The notes under the pieces were generated by a model that searched no databases, was not told the DNA's origin, and saw nothing but the letters and a program-made list of their open reading frames with translations. Below are positions 1-10,827 of a DNA stretch of 64,000 bases, piece after piece. The DNA comes from Candidatus Poribacteria bacterium (GTDB lineage: Bacteria; Poribacteria; WGA-4E; WGA-3G), in assembly GCA_965215265.1 (NCBI GenBank), contig OZ244048.1:704001-768000 (forward strand). Direction: 5' to 3'. Position 1 is the stretch's first letter. Every line of letters begins with the position of its first letter. The position numbers were made by a program, and so were the translations under genes.

Positions 1-160
1 GCCTGTACATATACCACTTAAGTGTATCGTGAACTGGAGCTCACTGCAGCTGAGGAATCGTGCCGTCTGGACTGTTCGAGCCCTATTGCACTATTTGTGG
101 GTAAAGGTATCTTAAGAAGCATTCTAAAATGTGTAGACGTTCAGAACTGCCCGCTATTAC

Positions 161-1504
161 CTAAGAGAGCCCACCTAAGCTAGAAGTACTATCGCCTAAC
201 TGCGGTAAATTCACATTCATACGGTTCAGCAACGCCAGCCAGAGATTATTGAGAGGCGTTTCGGTTGGATACTTGATGTGTCGCCCACTTTTAATCGTAC
301 CACAGCCGTTGCCAGCAAGGAGAATAGGCAAATCGTGATGGCTGTGCCGATTCCCATCGGCGTTGCCACTACCGTACACAATCATTGAATGATCAAGTAG
401 TGAACCGTCCCCTTCAGGTGTCGCGTCAAGTTTTTCCAAGAGGTACGCAAGTTGCTGTGTATGGAAAACGTTAATCTGATGGACTTTTTCCTTCTTCTGT
501 TCATCGCCACCATGGTGCGTGAGTTCGTGGTGCCCTTCTGGAACATTGATAATTGGATAAGACCTGTTACTTCCTTCATTTGCTATCACGAAAGTAACGA
601 TGCGAGTTACATCTGTCTGAAATGCGAGCACAATCAGGTCTGCCATCAGCCGGAAATGTTCTTGAAAATTTTCAGGGATCTCTTCTGGGACGTTATATTC
701 CGGGCTTTTAATCGGTGGAAATTTTTCAGTTGATTCAATTCGCAGCTCAATATCGCGAATAGCGGAGAAATACTCGTCAAGTTTGCGCGTATCATTCCGG
801 CCGACTTTGCGGAGCAGGCCTTTTGAATCCTCTTTGACAAAATCGAGTATACTTTTCCGTTGCCGGTCGCGTTGGGCACGTTGGGGATTTGGTAAAGTCG
901 AAAACAGCCTTTCAAAAGCGAGTTTAGGATTCACCTCTTTGGGGAGGGGTTGCGTCGCGGAGCGCCATGACAACGTTGATGAATAGACGCAGCTATAACC
1001 GGAGTCGCAATTCCCAGCCCTTCTTCCTTGCTCGATTCCGAGTTCTAGCGAAGGCAGCCGTGTGTGATTGCCGATTTGGGCAGCCGCAGCTTGATCTGCA
1101 GAAACCCCGGCGCGAATATCGGCCCCGTCGGTTTTACGCGGTTGTGTCCCGGTTAGGAAGGCTGACATCGCCCGGGCATGATCTCCGCCACCATCGCCAT
1201 TGTGCCGTGCTTTATCTGCGGTAAGCCCGCTGAGTATCAACGTTTTATCTTTTACCTGTTCCAGGGGTTTTAAAATGCTCGGGAGTTCAAAGTTAGCACC
1301 TACCTGTTTCGGTGTCCAATGTTCCATAATCTTCCCGTTGGGGATGTACAGGAATGCTATCCGATTAGTCGGTGTTTGCAATCCACTTGCAGGTGTGTTT
1401 GCAAACGCTGCTAGGGGTCCCATCGCTTCCAGCCACGGGAGAGCAATACTGACACCGAGCCCGCGTAAAAATGTTCGACGTGAAAGTTGTTTTGATTCCT
1501 TCAT
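161..1504 (-). CDS. DUF1552 domain protein with Tat-like N-terminus
   Basis: SRRTFLRG signal, 'lPWLEAM', NCDSGYSCVY, NRHSHHDLP motifs; start moved to ATG 1504 behind an AGGAGGAG RBS. Confidence 0.85.
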   Translation of the reverse strand: MKESKQLSRRTFLRGLGVSIALPWLEAMGPLAAFANTPASGLQTPTNRIAFLYIPNGKIMEHWTPKQVGANFELPSILKPLEQVKDKTLILSGLTADKARHNGDGGGDHARAMSAFLTGTQPRKTDGADIRAGVSADQAAAAQIGNHTRLPSLELGIEQGRRAGNCDSGYSCVYSSTLSWRSATQPLPKEVNPKLAFERLFSTLPNPQRAQRDRQRKSILDFVKEDSKGLLRKVGRNDTRKLDEYFSAIRDIELRIESTEKFPPIKSPEYNVPEEIPENFQEHFRLMADLIVLAFQTDVTRIVTFVIANEGSNRSYPIINVPEGHHELTHHGGDEQKKEKVHQINVFHTQQLAYLLEKLDATPEGDGSLLDHSMIVYGSGNADGNRHSHHDLPILLAGNGCGTIKSGRHIKYPTETPLNNLWLALLNRMNVNLPQLGDSTSSLGGLS

Positions 1505-1570
1505 AACTCCTCCTTTATATCGCGTTGGATGTGCTACGGAGTTTCTATTTTTTTTCAAATTTTAGCTAAC

Positions 1571-2614
1571 TTAAAAGAGTGGTACTCCTTGTGCTTCTAC
1601 ATAAACCGAGTATAGAGATTGGCTACCTGCCATAAAGAGTCTATTCCGTTTCACGCCGCCGAAGCAGACGTTTGCACAAATTTCTGGTAGGTGAATTTTA
1701 CCGATAAGCATTCCGTCTGGTGCGAAGATATGTACGCCATCGTAACCTTCACCAACCCAGCCTGCACCTGCCCACAGATTCCCATCAATATCACATCGAA
1801 TGCCATCGGCGGCACCGGGTGCCATGTTACAAAATGCCTGTTCGTTGCTGAGGCGCTCACCGCCTATAACATCGTAGACTAAAATGTTTTTTGGTGTGCC
1901 GGTGTCAGAGATATAGAGTTTGTCATAGTTAGGCGAAAAACAGAGCCCATTCGGTCTTTCCGGTTGAGATGTCACGACTGTTGCTTCTCCTGTGTCTGGA
2001 TTCAGGCGATAAACAGAAGTTGGCAATTCAAATTCTGCTTTATGTCCTTCATAATTGAACAGGATGCCGTACCCTGGATCGGTAAACCAGATATGCCCAT
2101 CAGGATGAGTTACCACATCGTTGGGTGCGTTGAACCGTTTTCCGTCAAAATTGTCGATTAGCACCGTGGTCGTCCCGTCATATTCTGTTCGTGTGACGCG
2201 GCGTGTGCCGTGTTCACAACTGATGAGCCTACCTTGCCGGTCGCGCGTGTGCCCGTTGGTATAGTTAGAAGGTTTTCGGTAGACACTTACCTGACCGGTC
2301 GCTTCTTGCCATTTCAGGATTCGGTTGTTTGGAATATCACTCCAAAGGAGGAAACCGCCATCACCGAACCAGATAGGCCCCTCGGACCAGCGTGCACCGG
2401 TCCATAACCTTTCCACAACAGCGTTTCCAATTTTGTATTTGGCGAAACGCGGGGTAACAACTTCAATCGCTGGGTCAGGGTACCGAGTAATCGTTTGAGA
2501 GTTTGTAGATGTATCTGCCCACGTTGCCAGGGGCGCGATGACTTCCAGCCACGGTACGGCTGCAGTGACACCTAAACCGCCTAAAAATTTTCGACGTGAA
2601 AACTGCGTTGACAT
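1571..2614 (-). CDS. SMP-30/gluconolactonase family protein, Tat signal
   Basis: WSEGP, NAPND, WFTDP, PNGLCFS, ADGIRCD motifs; SRRKFL signal. Confidence 0.9.
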   Translation of the reverse strand: MSTQFSRRKFLGGLGVTAAVPWLEVIAPLATWADTSTNSQTITRYPDPAIEVVTPRFAKYKIGNAVVERLWTGARWSEGPIWFGDGGFLLWSDIPNNRILKWQEATGQVSVYRKPSNYTNGHTRDRQGRLISCEHGTRRVTRTEYDGTTTVLIDNFDGKRFNAPNDVVTHPDGHIWFTDPGYGILFNYEGHKAEFELPTSVYRLNPDTGEATVVTSQPERPNGLCFSPNYDKLYISDTGTPKNILVYDVIGGERLSNEQAFCNMAPGAADGIRCDIDGNLWAGAGWVGEGYDGVHIFAPDGMLIGKIHLPEICANVCFGGVKRNRLFMAGSQSLYSVYVEAQGVPLF

Positions 2615-2616
2615 GT

Positions 2617-5061
2617 TTATTGTTTCTCCTCTGTTCCTCTACGTAACCGAAACGGGTCGCTTTTCACGATTTCTGTGATAAGGACAGAGCTTTTGTAATT
2701 TTTCAATTTTAGTTGGGTGACAATCTGTTCAACGGTTGGCCGGTCGTAATAGGCTAATCCCCTGCCTAAAGCATAGGTTAGCATTTTCTCCGTTAAGCAG
2801 CGTGCAAAATCCTGTTGCCTATCTATGAGAATCTGTTTTAAGTCTGTTATGTCTTCAAATGATGTTCCACCCGGCAAGACTCCAGTTGTATCAATCTCAA
2901 ATTCTCCGTCTTTCGTCCGGAATGCCCCAATTGCGTTGTAGTTTTCGAGGGCGAACCCGATAGGATCCATTTTTGCGTGGCAATTTGCACAACTGGGGTC
3001 TTCTCTGTGTTGTTCAAGACGTTGTCGTAAAGTCTTCGCGTTAATTACACCGTGTTCCTCCTCCAATTCTGGAACATCCGGTGGCGGTGGTGGCGGTGGT
3101 GCGCCGAGGAGTTGTTCCAAAACCCAACGTCCGCGTTTAACAGGCGAGGTACGCGTCGGGTTGGAGGTCGCTGTCAGAACGCTCGCTTGGGTAAGGATGC
3201 CGCCGCGCGAGCTACCTTGCAGCGCAACCCGCCGGAACCTTCTACCTCTAATTTTGTGACCGCCGGGAACGTTTGCCGGTTGTCCGAGCCAATTGCCTTT
3301 CGTATCTGCAATGCCGTAGTGGTTTGCCAAGGTCTGATTGAGGAATGTGTAGTCAGCATTAAGCAGCTCAAGGATACTCCGGTCCTCTTGAAAAATTGAT
3401 TGTAAAAATAACTCTGTCTCTTTCAACATCGCTGTTCTAAGTCTCAGCGTGAAGGTTGGAAAACGTTCGGCATCCGGAGCGACGGTTGCCAGTCGTTGAA
3501 TTTGTAACCATTGCGTACCGAAATTGCGTGCGAGTGCTGCTTTTGGATCCGCCAGCATCCGCTGAACTTCTGACTCAAGATTAGCAGTCAGTTGATTCTG
3601 CTTTGCAAGTTGAAGGAGTCTATCATCTGGCATGCTGCTCCACAAGAAGTAGGAGAGCCGCGAGGCGAGTTGAAACTCATCAATCGGCCGTGGGCTTGGA
3701 CTTTGGGAACGGTCATCTAACTCCAATCGGAAGAGGAATTTCGGTGAACAGAGGATAACTTTAATCGCTTCCTGGATGCCGGCTTCCCACTCTGAACCCT
3801 GCGCTTGGACATTTTCTACAAACTGAGCGAGTTGTTCTACTTCGGACTTGCTCGGTGGACGACGATACCCGCGGCGTAGTAGACGAGTCAATACTTCACG
3901 CGTCTGTTCGGTTTGCGGAATGCCTGGCGTGCAGGCTAAAATCTTGAAATGGGAGTCCGGTCTGGTTTCTAGTGGGCCTTCGGACCACAAGGTACGAACC
4001 CAGAGTTTGGCGTGCAGTTGCCCATCTGTTGGTTTAACCATTGCGATGCCCGCGCTTTCAATGCCAGCCATGCGGCTGATAAGGTATTCAATTGTCTGAT
4101 TTTTTTTCGGTTCACGAGCTGTAATTTCAAAGGTTTCCAAGATTTTGATTCTGTTATTTGATGCCGGGTCAACACCGAGGAGTTGTGCCAATTCGTCTGG
4201 AGTAGAGAATTCCTCTAACGTTTCGCCTTGAACGAATAGAGCAACTTCAACGGGGGTTTCAGCATCGGTTTCGGTATAAAGCGTGGCACGGTAGATAAGT
4301 TCAGCATCGGGGCTGAGTTTGAGGGATTTTGCATCTGTGGTAAAAGGACCCGATTTCCACGCTTCTGTTGCTGTCGGATCTAACACACGGAAACGTTCGT
4401 AAGGGACATCGTCGTGGCGCGGGTGCAGGTTCCGGCCGTTCACGTAACGTTTGGACGGCGGCGGTGCGTCCACGAGGATGACGCGGCTGGCGATTGCCTC
4501 GGCTGCTTCAAGATACCGTTCCATTAGGAGCGGGGACATACTTAACACATCACCGATATTATCAAACCCGTATCCGACATCATCGGCCGGGAAATTTTCG
4601 GTCGGGTCAAAATCAACGCCCAATAAGTCACGCACGCTGTTTTTATATTCAACTTTATTGAGGCGGCGTACTGTGATTCGTCCTGGATCCGGCTCCGCCG
4701 TGCGATCCGCGTGGGCAAAGATCGCTTCAACAGTCTCGATAAAAGACTCCGATTCTTCTAGAAGCGGTTGCTCGCTATCCGCTGGTGGCATAAAACCGGT
4801 AGATAGCATCTCTAAAACCGTTTCCCAAACATCACGATTTTCGATTAACGAACGATTATCTTCAAAGACATCAAGAGCAAGTTCGGCAGCAGGCTGATCT
4901 CCGGCATGACAACCGAAGCAGAACTGCTCCATGAAGGGGATGCCCTTTTGAGCAAAGTCCGGCGTTGTCTCCGTTCCTAAATTGGTGGTGAAGCTGAAGA
5001 ACACAAGCACCAAGCTCGTGCATAGATAGGGCGAAATGTCATTGAAGGACACAACGGGCAT
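2617..5061 (-). CDS. DUF1592/DUF1588/DUF1587-type (PSD/PSCyt) cytochrome c-like protein
   Basis: CFGCH and CANCH heme motifs; RRLNKVEY, LASRLSYFLWSSMPD, TSPVKRG motifs; usual partner of DUF1552. Confidence 0.88.
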   Translation of the reverse strand: MPVVSFNDISPYLCTSLVLVFFSFTTNLGTETTPDFAQKGIPFMEQFCFGCHAGDQPAAELALDVFEDNRSLIENRDVWETVLEMLSTGFMPPADSEQPLLEESESFIETVEAIFAHADRTAEPDPGRITVRRLNKVEYKNSVRDLLGVDFDPTENFPADDVGYGFDNIGDVLSMSPLLMERYLEAAEAIASRVILVDAPPPSKRYVNGRNLHPRHDDVPYERFRVLDPTATEAWKSGPFTTDAKSLKLSPDAELIYRATLYTETDAETPVEVALFVQGETLEEFSTPDELAQLLGVDPASNNRIKILETFEITAREPKKNQTIEYLISRMAGIESAGIAMVKPTDGQLHAKLWVRTLWSEGPLETRPDSHFKILACTPGIPQTEQTREVLTRLLRRGYRRPPSKSEVEQLAQFVENVQAQGSEWEAGIQEAIKVILCSPKFLFRLELDDRSQSPSPRPIDEFQLASRLSYFLWSSMPDDRLLQLAKQNQLTANLESEVQRMLADPKAALARNFGTQWLQIQRLATVAPDAERFPTFTLRLRTAMLKETELFLQSIFQEDRSILELLNADYTFLNQTLANHYGIADTKGNWLGQPANVPGGHKIRGRRFRRVALQGSSRGGILTQASVLTATSNPTRTSPVKRGRWVLEQLLGAPPPPPPPDVPELEEEHGVINAKTLRQRLEQHREDPSCANCHAKMDPIGFALENYNAIGAFRTKDGEFEIDTTGVLPGGTSFEDITDLKQILIDRQQDFARCLTEKMLTYALGRGLAYYDRPTVEQIVTQLKLKNYKSSVLITEIVKSDPFRLRRGTEEKQ

Positions 5062-5103
5062 TGATATACTTCCCCCAGCTTAAGGATTGCAATATGATAT
5101 AAA

Positions 5104-5132
5104 ATGATACCATATTTCCGCAGCGAAATCAA
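5104..5132 (-). promoter_or_regulatory. sigma70-like promoter of the DUF1592 operon
   Basis: TTGATT-17-TATCAT with extended TG. Confidence 0.55.
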
Positions 5133-5205
5133 GGAAAAAAATAAGGCTTTGGCATTTCTCTAAGAAGATAGGGGTGCCGTTCTGCTGAACGAAATCGTCC
5201 ATTCC

Positions 5206-7755
5206 CTAATCATCTACATTAATCCCCAATTGGATAAACGCTTCTCTAATCTTATCCTCGTAATCTTGTTCTGACATTTCACCTCCGGTTGCCCGTAGTT
5301 CTAATTGAAGGTTGTTGAAATGCCGTTGTAGCAAGTTCATCACGCCCATGAGCCCAGCCACTTGCCCTTTCGGCACGGTGAATTGCAAGTGAACTTGGTT
5401 CCGTCCACTTGGTACCGGGGGTGACAAATCAATGCCTGCTTCGGTATCCTTGTTTTCATCTTCCTCAATGTCTGGTTGAGGTATATCCTTAATAGAATAG
5501 TCATCATTACCATCTTTTTTTGCTTCCTGCTGAGTGATGCAGATGTCTTCACGAATTATCACCTCATTTTCTGAAAAAGCGACGGCGAGTGGGTATTCTT
5601 TGAAATAGTGGTAGACCGGCTCGCCCCCTTCTAATTCCCCCAATCCGAACAACCCTTGTTGCACCCCCTCCTGGATTCCTAATTTCCATACCTCTTGACT
5701 GATAACGCGTGCCTCACCCGGGGTCTGTATGCTCGATTGATATAACTGTGTTGTAGAGACTGATTCGTTGTGGGTAAGGTAGCGCTCCTGAATCACTAAC
5801 GGATGGATGCTTTCGAGAATCTCCTCACCTAATTTCAACTTATCGTAAACCGCTTTGTCAAGTTTGCTCTCATCATACGTTGGAACCCCCAAATCTTCTT
5901 TTTTCAGTCCGTCTTTTGTAGGAATGAATAAAGTCCGGTAATACCGCCTCAGTATATGATTCAGACCATCTTCCGCTTTTTTCAACTCGTCCCGAACTTT
6001 CTTCTGTTGTTCTGGCGAGAGTCGAAGCGTTTTATCACTTTTAAGAGCTCGGTAGGCAATAAGTTTTTCCAACTGATTGTAAAAGTCTGTCTGCTCTGGT
6101 TCCGATGGTACGAGGAAGAAAAGCGTATTTCGGTTTGCCCTAGGTATGTCTCCCTTTTCTTCCAACATGCTGTTCATCAATGCCTCGTCGTGTACCTTGA
6201 GGAGAATCAGTTTCAATTCAACGTTATCTGGAATGTCTGAGCCATCTTTTGGCCAGATAAAGGTTTTAAGCTGTCCGGATGAGAGGTTGTTTTTCAATGC
6301 TGTTTCCTCAACCTTCTCTATTTCCGGGCGGGTGATATTCTCCATTCGGGTGAGCAAGATATGGTTGAGATTGGGCTGGTTGGTGAAATAACTCCTTTTC
6401 TTCTCCTGCTGCAGGTAAAACAGTTTTCCGCGCAGCAGCTCGCTGGCTTCGGCAACAACGCTGGCTGGATGCTCTGTTGTAGTTGCGCTCCGTTTAATCT
6501 CCCTGGGGGAGGCCCCCTTCTCGGTCCCACCTGAAAAAGAGTACAGAAAAACGGTTCTCGCAGCGCGGCTCCCCAATCTGAATCCTTTATACGCATTACC
6601 GAGTTGGGTATCCACCTGCTTTGCCCCAGCATTTTCACCCGTGATGTCCGCGGCGATAACGCTGTCGTACTCCTGACCGATGTGCTTGAGTAACTCCCGC
6701 CGAATTTCCTGAACATCGAAATCGAAATCAGCCACACTGATGTAAGGAATCGCTTCTTCTCTAACCGCATTCAGTACAATTGCCAACAAGCGGAGCACCC
6801 CGCGTGTACGCTGAAAATTCGGGAAACTCCCCCATCGCTGATACAGTACGTCAACCGTTTCAGGGAGAAACGGATAAGCAGCCTCAAACTGCTTTTGATA
6901 AACGGACGGTTCCATGCCGGGCGGCAGCAGCGATTCGCTAGCGGCGTACTCCATAAACTCACGGATTACTTCCGCAGCAGCACCCTGATTAATCGACGCG
7001 AAAAGCCGATGCCTGATGACTTCGCTGATTTCATGCTCCTGCACAGGGGTATGAATTTTTTCCACTCGTCCTCCCACATGTTGTAACTGGTTAAAGAACC
7101 ACTCAGCTTGTTTGCCATAATGTTCCATACGACTGGATGGCAGTGTGAAGACGAGGGCGACCTTTTCTAAGATGCCTACAGCTTCTGTCAACTCCTGCAT
7201 AAACGCCAACGTCTGTGATGCCAACGTGCTATCTCCCACTTGCACCCCGGCGGCTTTGGTAAGATATTCCAGCACCTCATCCATCAAGATGAGCACGGGT
7301 TGTTTCTCTAGGAGCAATTCGTAAATGGCATCGCGCCCCGGTGAAGTCCTGCTATCAAAACGGTTTAGTTTCCCCGTCAGCTGCTTTTCAAGCATCGCCC
7401 AGAGCGTATCGGTTGCACTCATCGGTGTCCCGACGAGCACTACTCTATTTGCATCCCATGCACCCGCTTTGTGATACATTGCAATCAGCGCGTGCGTCTT
7501 ACCACCGCCAAAGGGGGTCTGCAGTTGAATGACTGCGTCCCTGCCCAGACCGTTTAGCCGCCTTTCAACAATAGAAAGGAGTCGATTGAGTTCTTTGGTC
7601 TCGTACGTCTTCTGAAAGAATTGCGTGGGGTCTTTGTACTCATCTGGTGCTTCACCTCTGAACACCTGCCACAGGTCCGCAGCGAATACGTCCAGCGTGA
7701 GACTGCCCTCTAAAATATCGCGGTGTGGCACCGCAATGGTATGGAATGGCTTCAT
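5206..7755 (-). CDS. DUF499 family AAA+ ATPase (defence-associated)
   Basis: FAADL, Walker A GGGKTH, Walker B LILMDE, YPFLPE, FQRTRGVLRLLA; AAAGGAG RBS before ATG 7755. Confidence 0.88.
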   Translation of the reverse strand: MKPFHTIAVPHRDILEGSLTLDVFAADLWQVFRGEAPDEYKDPTQFFQKTYETKELNRLLSIVERRLNGLGRDAVIQLQTPFGGGKTHALIAMYHKAGAWDANRVVLVGTPMSATDTLWAMLEKQLTGKLNRFDSRTSPGRDAIYELLLEKQPVLILMDEVLEYLTKAAGVQVGDSTLASQTLAFMQELTEAVGILEKVALVFTLPSSRMEHYGKQAEWFFNQLQHVGGRVEKIHTPVQEHEISEVIRHRLFASINQGAAAEVIREFMEYAASESLLPPGMEPSVYQKQFEAAYPFLPETVDVLYQRWGSFPNFQRTRGVLRLLAIVLNAVREEAIPYISVADFDFDVQEIRRELLKHIGQEYDSVIAADITGENAGAKQVDTQLGNAYKGFRLGSRAARTVFLYSFSGGTEKGASPREIKRSATTTEHPASVVAEASELLRGKLFYLQQEKKRSYFTNQPNLNHILLTRMENITRPEIEKVEETALKNNLSSGQLKTFIWPKDGSDIPDNVELKLILLKVHDEALMNSMLEEKGDIPRANRNTLFFLVPSEPEQTDFYNQLEKLIAYRALKSDKTLRLSPEQQKKVRDELKKAEDGLNHILRRYYRTLFIPTKDGLKKEDLGVPTYDESKLDKAVYDKLKLGEEILESIHPLVIQERYLTHNESVSTTQLYQSSIQTPGEARVISQEVWKLGIQEGVQQGLFGLGELEGGEPVYHYFKEYPLAVAFSENEVIIREDICITQQEAKKDGNDDYSIKDIPQPDIEEDENKDTEAGIDLSPPVPSGRNQVHLQFTVPKGQVAGLMGVMNLLQRHFNNLQLELRATGGEMSEQDYEDKIREAFIQLGINVDD

Positions 7756-7820
7756 GTACTTATCTCCTTTAGGAATGTTTTTGCTAAGAATGTTCGAATA
7801 TCCAACGTTCACGGACGGAC

Positions 7821-10463
7821 CTAAAAGAGCCGCCCTTGTTTAATCTTTTCTCTAATCCGTTCCCGCCCAGCGAGAAAACCGTCTAATAGTTTCTTCTCCC
7901 GGCTCTCAATAGGTAAAGTTTCGGAGATCGCTTGTGCAACGCGATAGAACGCCTCCCGATCGCCCCAACCGCTTTCTCTCAGAAGAGCCAGCATCGCATC
8001 CCGTTGGTTCTTTTCCCACAGACGTAAAGCGTGGTGCAGCACGTCGATTAACTCATCACGGTTCGCAAGGTCAGCAAATGTTCGCGCTTGCGGGCCGAGG
8101 ACACGGATAAACTGCTTCTCTTTCATAATAAATCCCTTCCCACCCCACGTTTGTGCAAGGTCAACGCCACACGATTGTGCTAACTTCCGGGCCTCGTCAA
8201 AAAGGACACGCGTCTCCCTATATGCCCAACGCCAAAGGATATAGAAACGGGTGAGGTCTGAAATGTCATCTGTGAACCCGTTGTCCAGAATTTGGTGCAC
8301 CGCGTAATCAGTCGTAATCGTCCGCACATCTTCAAGTAGACGATCCGCACGAATAACCTCTCCCTCAAAGTCCATTACCTTCTCGTATTTACCGAAAACC
8401 TCTATGGCAGCACCGATGGCGGCAATGAAGAAATCCGCACCGCTCAGACCTTCCCGCCAAAGCCGGTGGAGTTTCTTATTAAGGTACGTTGCCATCTCAG
8501 TTTTGATGTCGTTGTAGAAACCCGTCGGTTCGCGTGCCATCTTCCGCGCGCCGATGTAGATAGAAGATGCGAGAACCGCAGATTCTCTCGCACGAAGACG
8601 CGAGACCATCTCCGTATGCAGAGGCCAGGCACCCGTCATAACCAATCCGGAATCGAGGAGCGAGTTAATCAACGTCTCCCAACCCTCAGTCGATTTGTGT
8701 GCATAGACGATGACGACGACACCGCTCGGTTTCAAGACACGATGAATTTCTTGGAAAGCTTGCTTGAGCGACTCCTCAAAAGACTGCTTTCCCGCCTCAA
8801 AACCGCCCGGACCGTGTGAATACGCAACAGTCTCGTTTGTCTTCGGGGTTAACGGCGTAGAGAAGAGCTCAGGATAGACATCGCCTAATGTCCGCTTCAA
8901 CCAAACATAAAAGAAATCAGAGAGATAGGAATACGGCACGTTGTCGTAGTACGGCGGATCGGTAAATACAGCATCAAAGAAGTTGTCCGGATACAGTAAG
9001 TTCGCCGCTGAGGATTGGGTAACGTTAGCCTTATTTGGACTGGCGTATGAACAGTGTGCTATCACTTTCAAATAGGATTGGCCGCCACTCTCAAAACTGC
9101 CAGAAGATCCGCTGAATGGATTAGCTTCTGCATAATCCCAAATCATTGGTAGCGCCTGTCTTGCATAAAGATGTGTAATTGATTCTGAACTGTTAATCCA
9201 TCTCGAAAGTGTATTGCTACAGGCAGCAAGCATGTCTAATCTCAATGCCAAATAACTCGCGACTGCCTTCGAATAGTCCGCATCAATTCCTTCTCCTATC
9301 ATCCGTTGATACGCTGCTCTCACTTTATCTACGAAGGTTATGAGTGCCAACTTTTGCCTGGCGTTGAAGAGATCTCCCCATCTCAACATGCCGTAACCCT
9401 GTATCCGAAAACCTAATGTGCCTCTGGGCGGTAAGGGCTCATCCGGCACCGGGTCCATACCCCACGCCAATTCCAACTCCTCCTGCTTCTCTGCAAGGCA
9501 GGCCTCAGCAGATGCAAAGACAGCCAGGTCTGTATCCGTTGCTCCGCGATAACGTTTCCCTTTCGTGCCACGCTTGTGTGTCACAACGGCAACTATGCGT
9601 GCTCCTGCTTTTCCGTCTTGAAACAGTTTGCGGGTTGTTTTGGCCGCTACTGTAGTTCCACAGACAGGACAGACTGCCACTGCACGTGAGACGGTGCCTT
9701 TTGTTGGATCAAACCCAGCGGGCATCTCTTGATACCCGTTACCGACAATTCTGAATTCCACCTTTCCGTCTTTACTGTAAGGATAGAGCGCGACCTTCTT
9801 TTTTGCTTTCTGTGCCAGCCAGAATTGGCGCATGAGCGGAATTTCTGCACCGCACAATGGATTCTGACACGGTATCGTCCGCGCCCAAATCCAGCCCACT
9901 GGTATTGAACCGTCTGTCTCTTGCAAGTAGAACCTGCCCAATTCCTTTTTTGCTTCTGCAAGTACCCATGCGCTCCATTTCTTGACATCCTCCAGCAATG
10001 GGTTTTTAAACTCCTCAAGCATGCCGTATTTCTGCGGATATTCCAAGGTGCATTTCTGAATTAACACCGCGACGGGGTTGAGATCATTGGAATAGGTTTC
10101 ACATCCAAGCCGCAGTGCCTCCAGCGGAATTGCCCCACCGCCGCCAAAGGAATCGAGCACCTTCGGTGGCACGCCTCCGTTTGCTTCTAGGATTTCTTTC
10201 CGCGCCTTTTCGATCACGACGGCATTTAGCGAACTTTCCTATCTTGAGAGATTGATGATAAAATTCCGTTTCCGGTTCCAATCGTCGGTATCCTTCGGCG
10301 GTGGAATCAAGGCGGCATAGGCAGTCGTGCGTGAGGAGGCGAGCGGGCGTCGCGCCCACCAGATATGAAGTCTAGAGATGTGTCCGTGACGGATATACCG
10401 CTCGTGGGTGGATTCGGCGGAGATTTCTTTGACTGGGAAACTCTCTTCAATCAGACGTTTCAT
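7821..10463 (-). pseudogene. DUF1156 adenine-specific DNA methyltransferase interrupted by an in-frame TAG (10239-10241)
   Basis: ORF 10239-10463 (LHIWWARRPLASSR) is in frame with ORF 7821-10217 (DSFGGGG motif I, DPPYY motif IV, Cys zinc ribbon); junction reads [16 protein letters not shown]. Confidence 0.85.
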
Positions 10464-10631
10464 TTCATTTCCTTAAGGGGTCCAGTACACGGTGCCGTTC
10501 CTGCGAATACAAGAAGATTACAAGCAGAAATATGATGGTACGCAACAACGGTCCGCGAGGGAGACAGTAAACGCGCAGAGGCGGTGAGAGGATTAGGATT
10601 GCACAGACAAGGATGCTGTTTGTGCAAATAC

Positions 10632-10814
10632 TTAACTTATATATAGAGAAGGGGGGGGGTAAATTTGAATTAACTTACCGTTAAAATAGACAAGAGCGTG
10701 ATTCAACGCGGTAGTTTCGCCCTTCCACCTTGAATAGAACTCGTTGAGGAGGTGGAAATCCTGCCCACTCTCTTTTTGGAATGTTGTGGTTTTGTCAGTA
10801 CTACAATGTTTCAT
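10632..10814 (-). CDS. putative leader peptide (60 aa) with C9 tract encoding PPP
   Basis: ATG just downstream of a promoter; C-terminus ALVYFNGKLIQIYPPPSLYIS* aligns without gaps to the leader at 62567-62725; RBS weak. Confidence 0.5.
   Translation of the reverse strand: MKHCSTDKTTTFQKESGQDFHLLNEFYSRWKGETTALNHALVYFNGKLIQIYPPPSLYIS
10651..10659. repeat. G9 homopolymer (C9 on transcribed strand)
   Basis: Direct reading. Confidence 0.95.
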
Positions 10815-10827
10815 GTCATCTAACTCG

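Noticed and set aside
1-160. Gene fragment at the window start
   Set aside because: Only short open frames with no recognisable motif.
10720-10800. c-di-GMP-I riboswitch-like words in the methyltransferase leader
   Set aside because: Only fragmentary similarity; the GCAAA/GNRA architecture is missing and the region is explained by the leader ORF.
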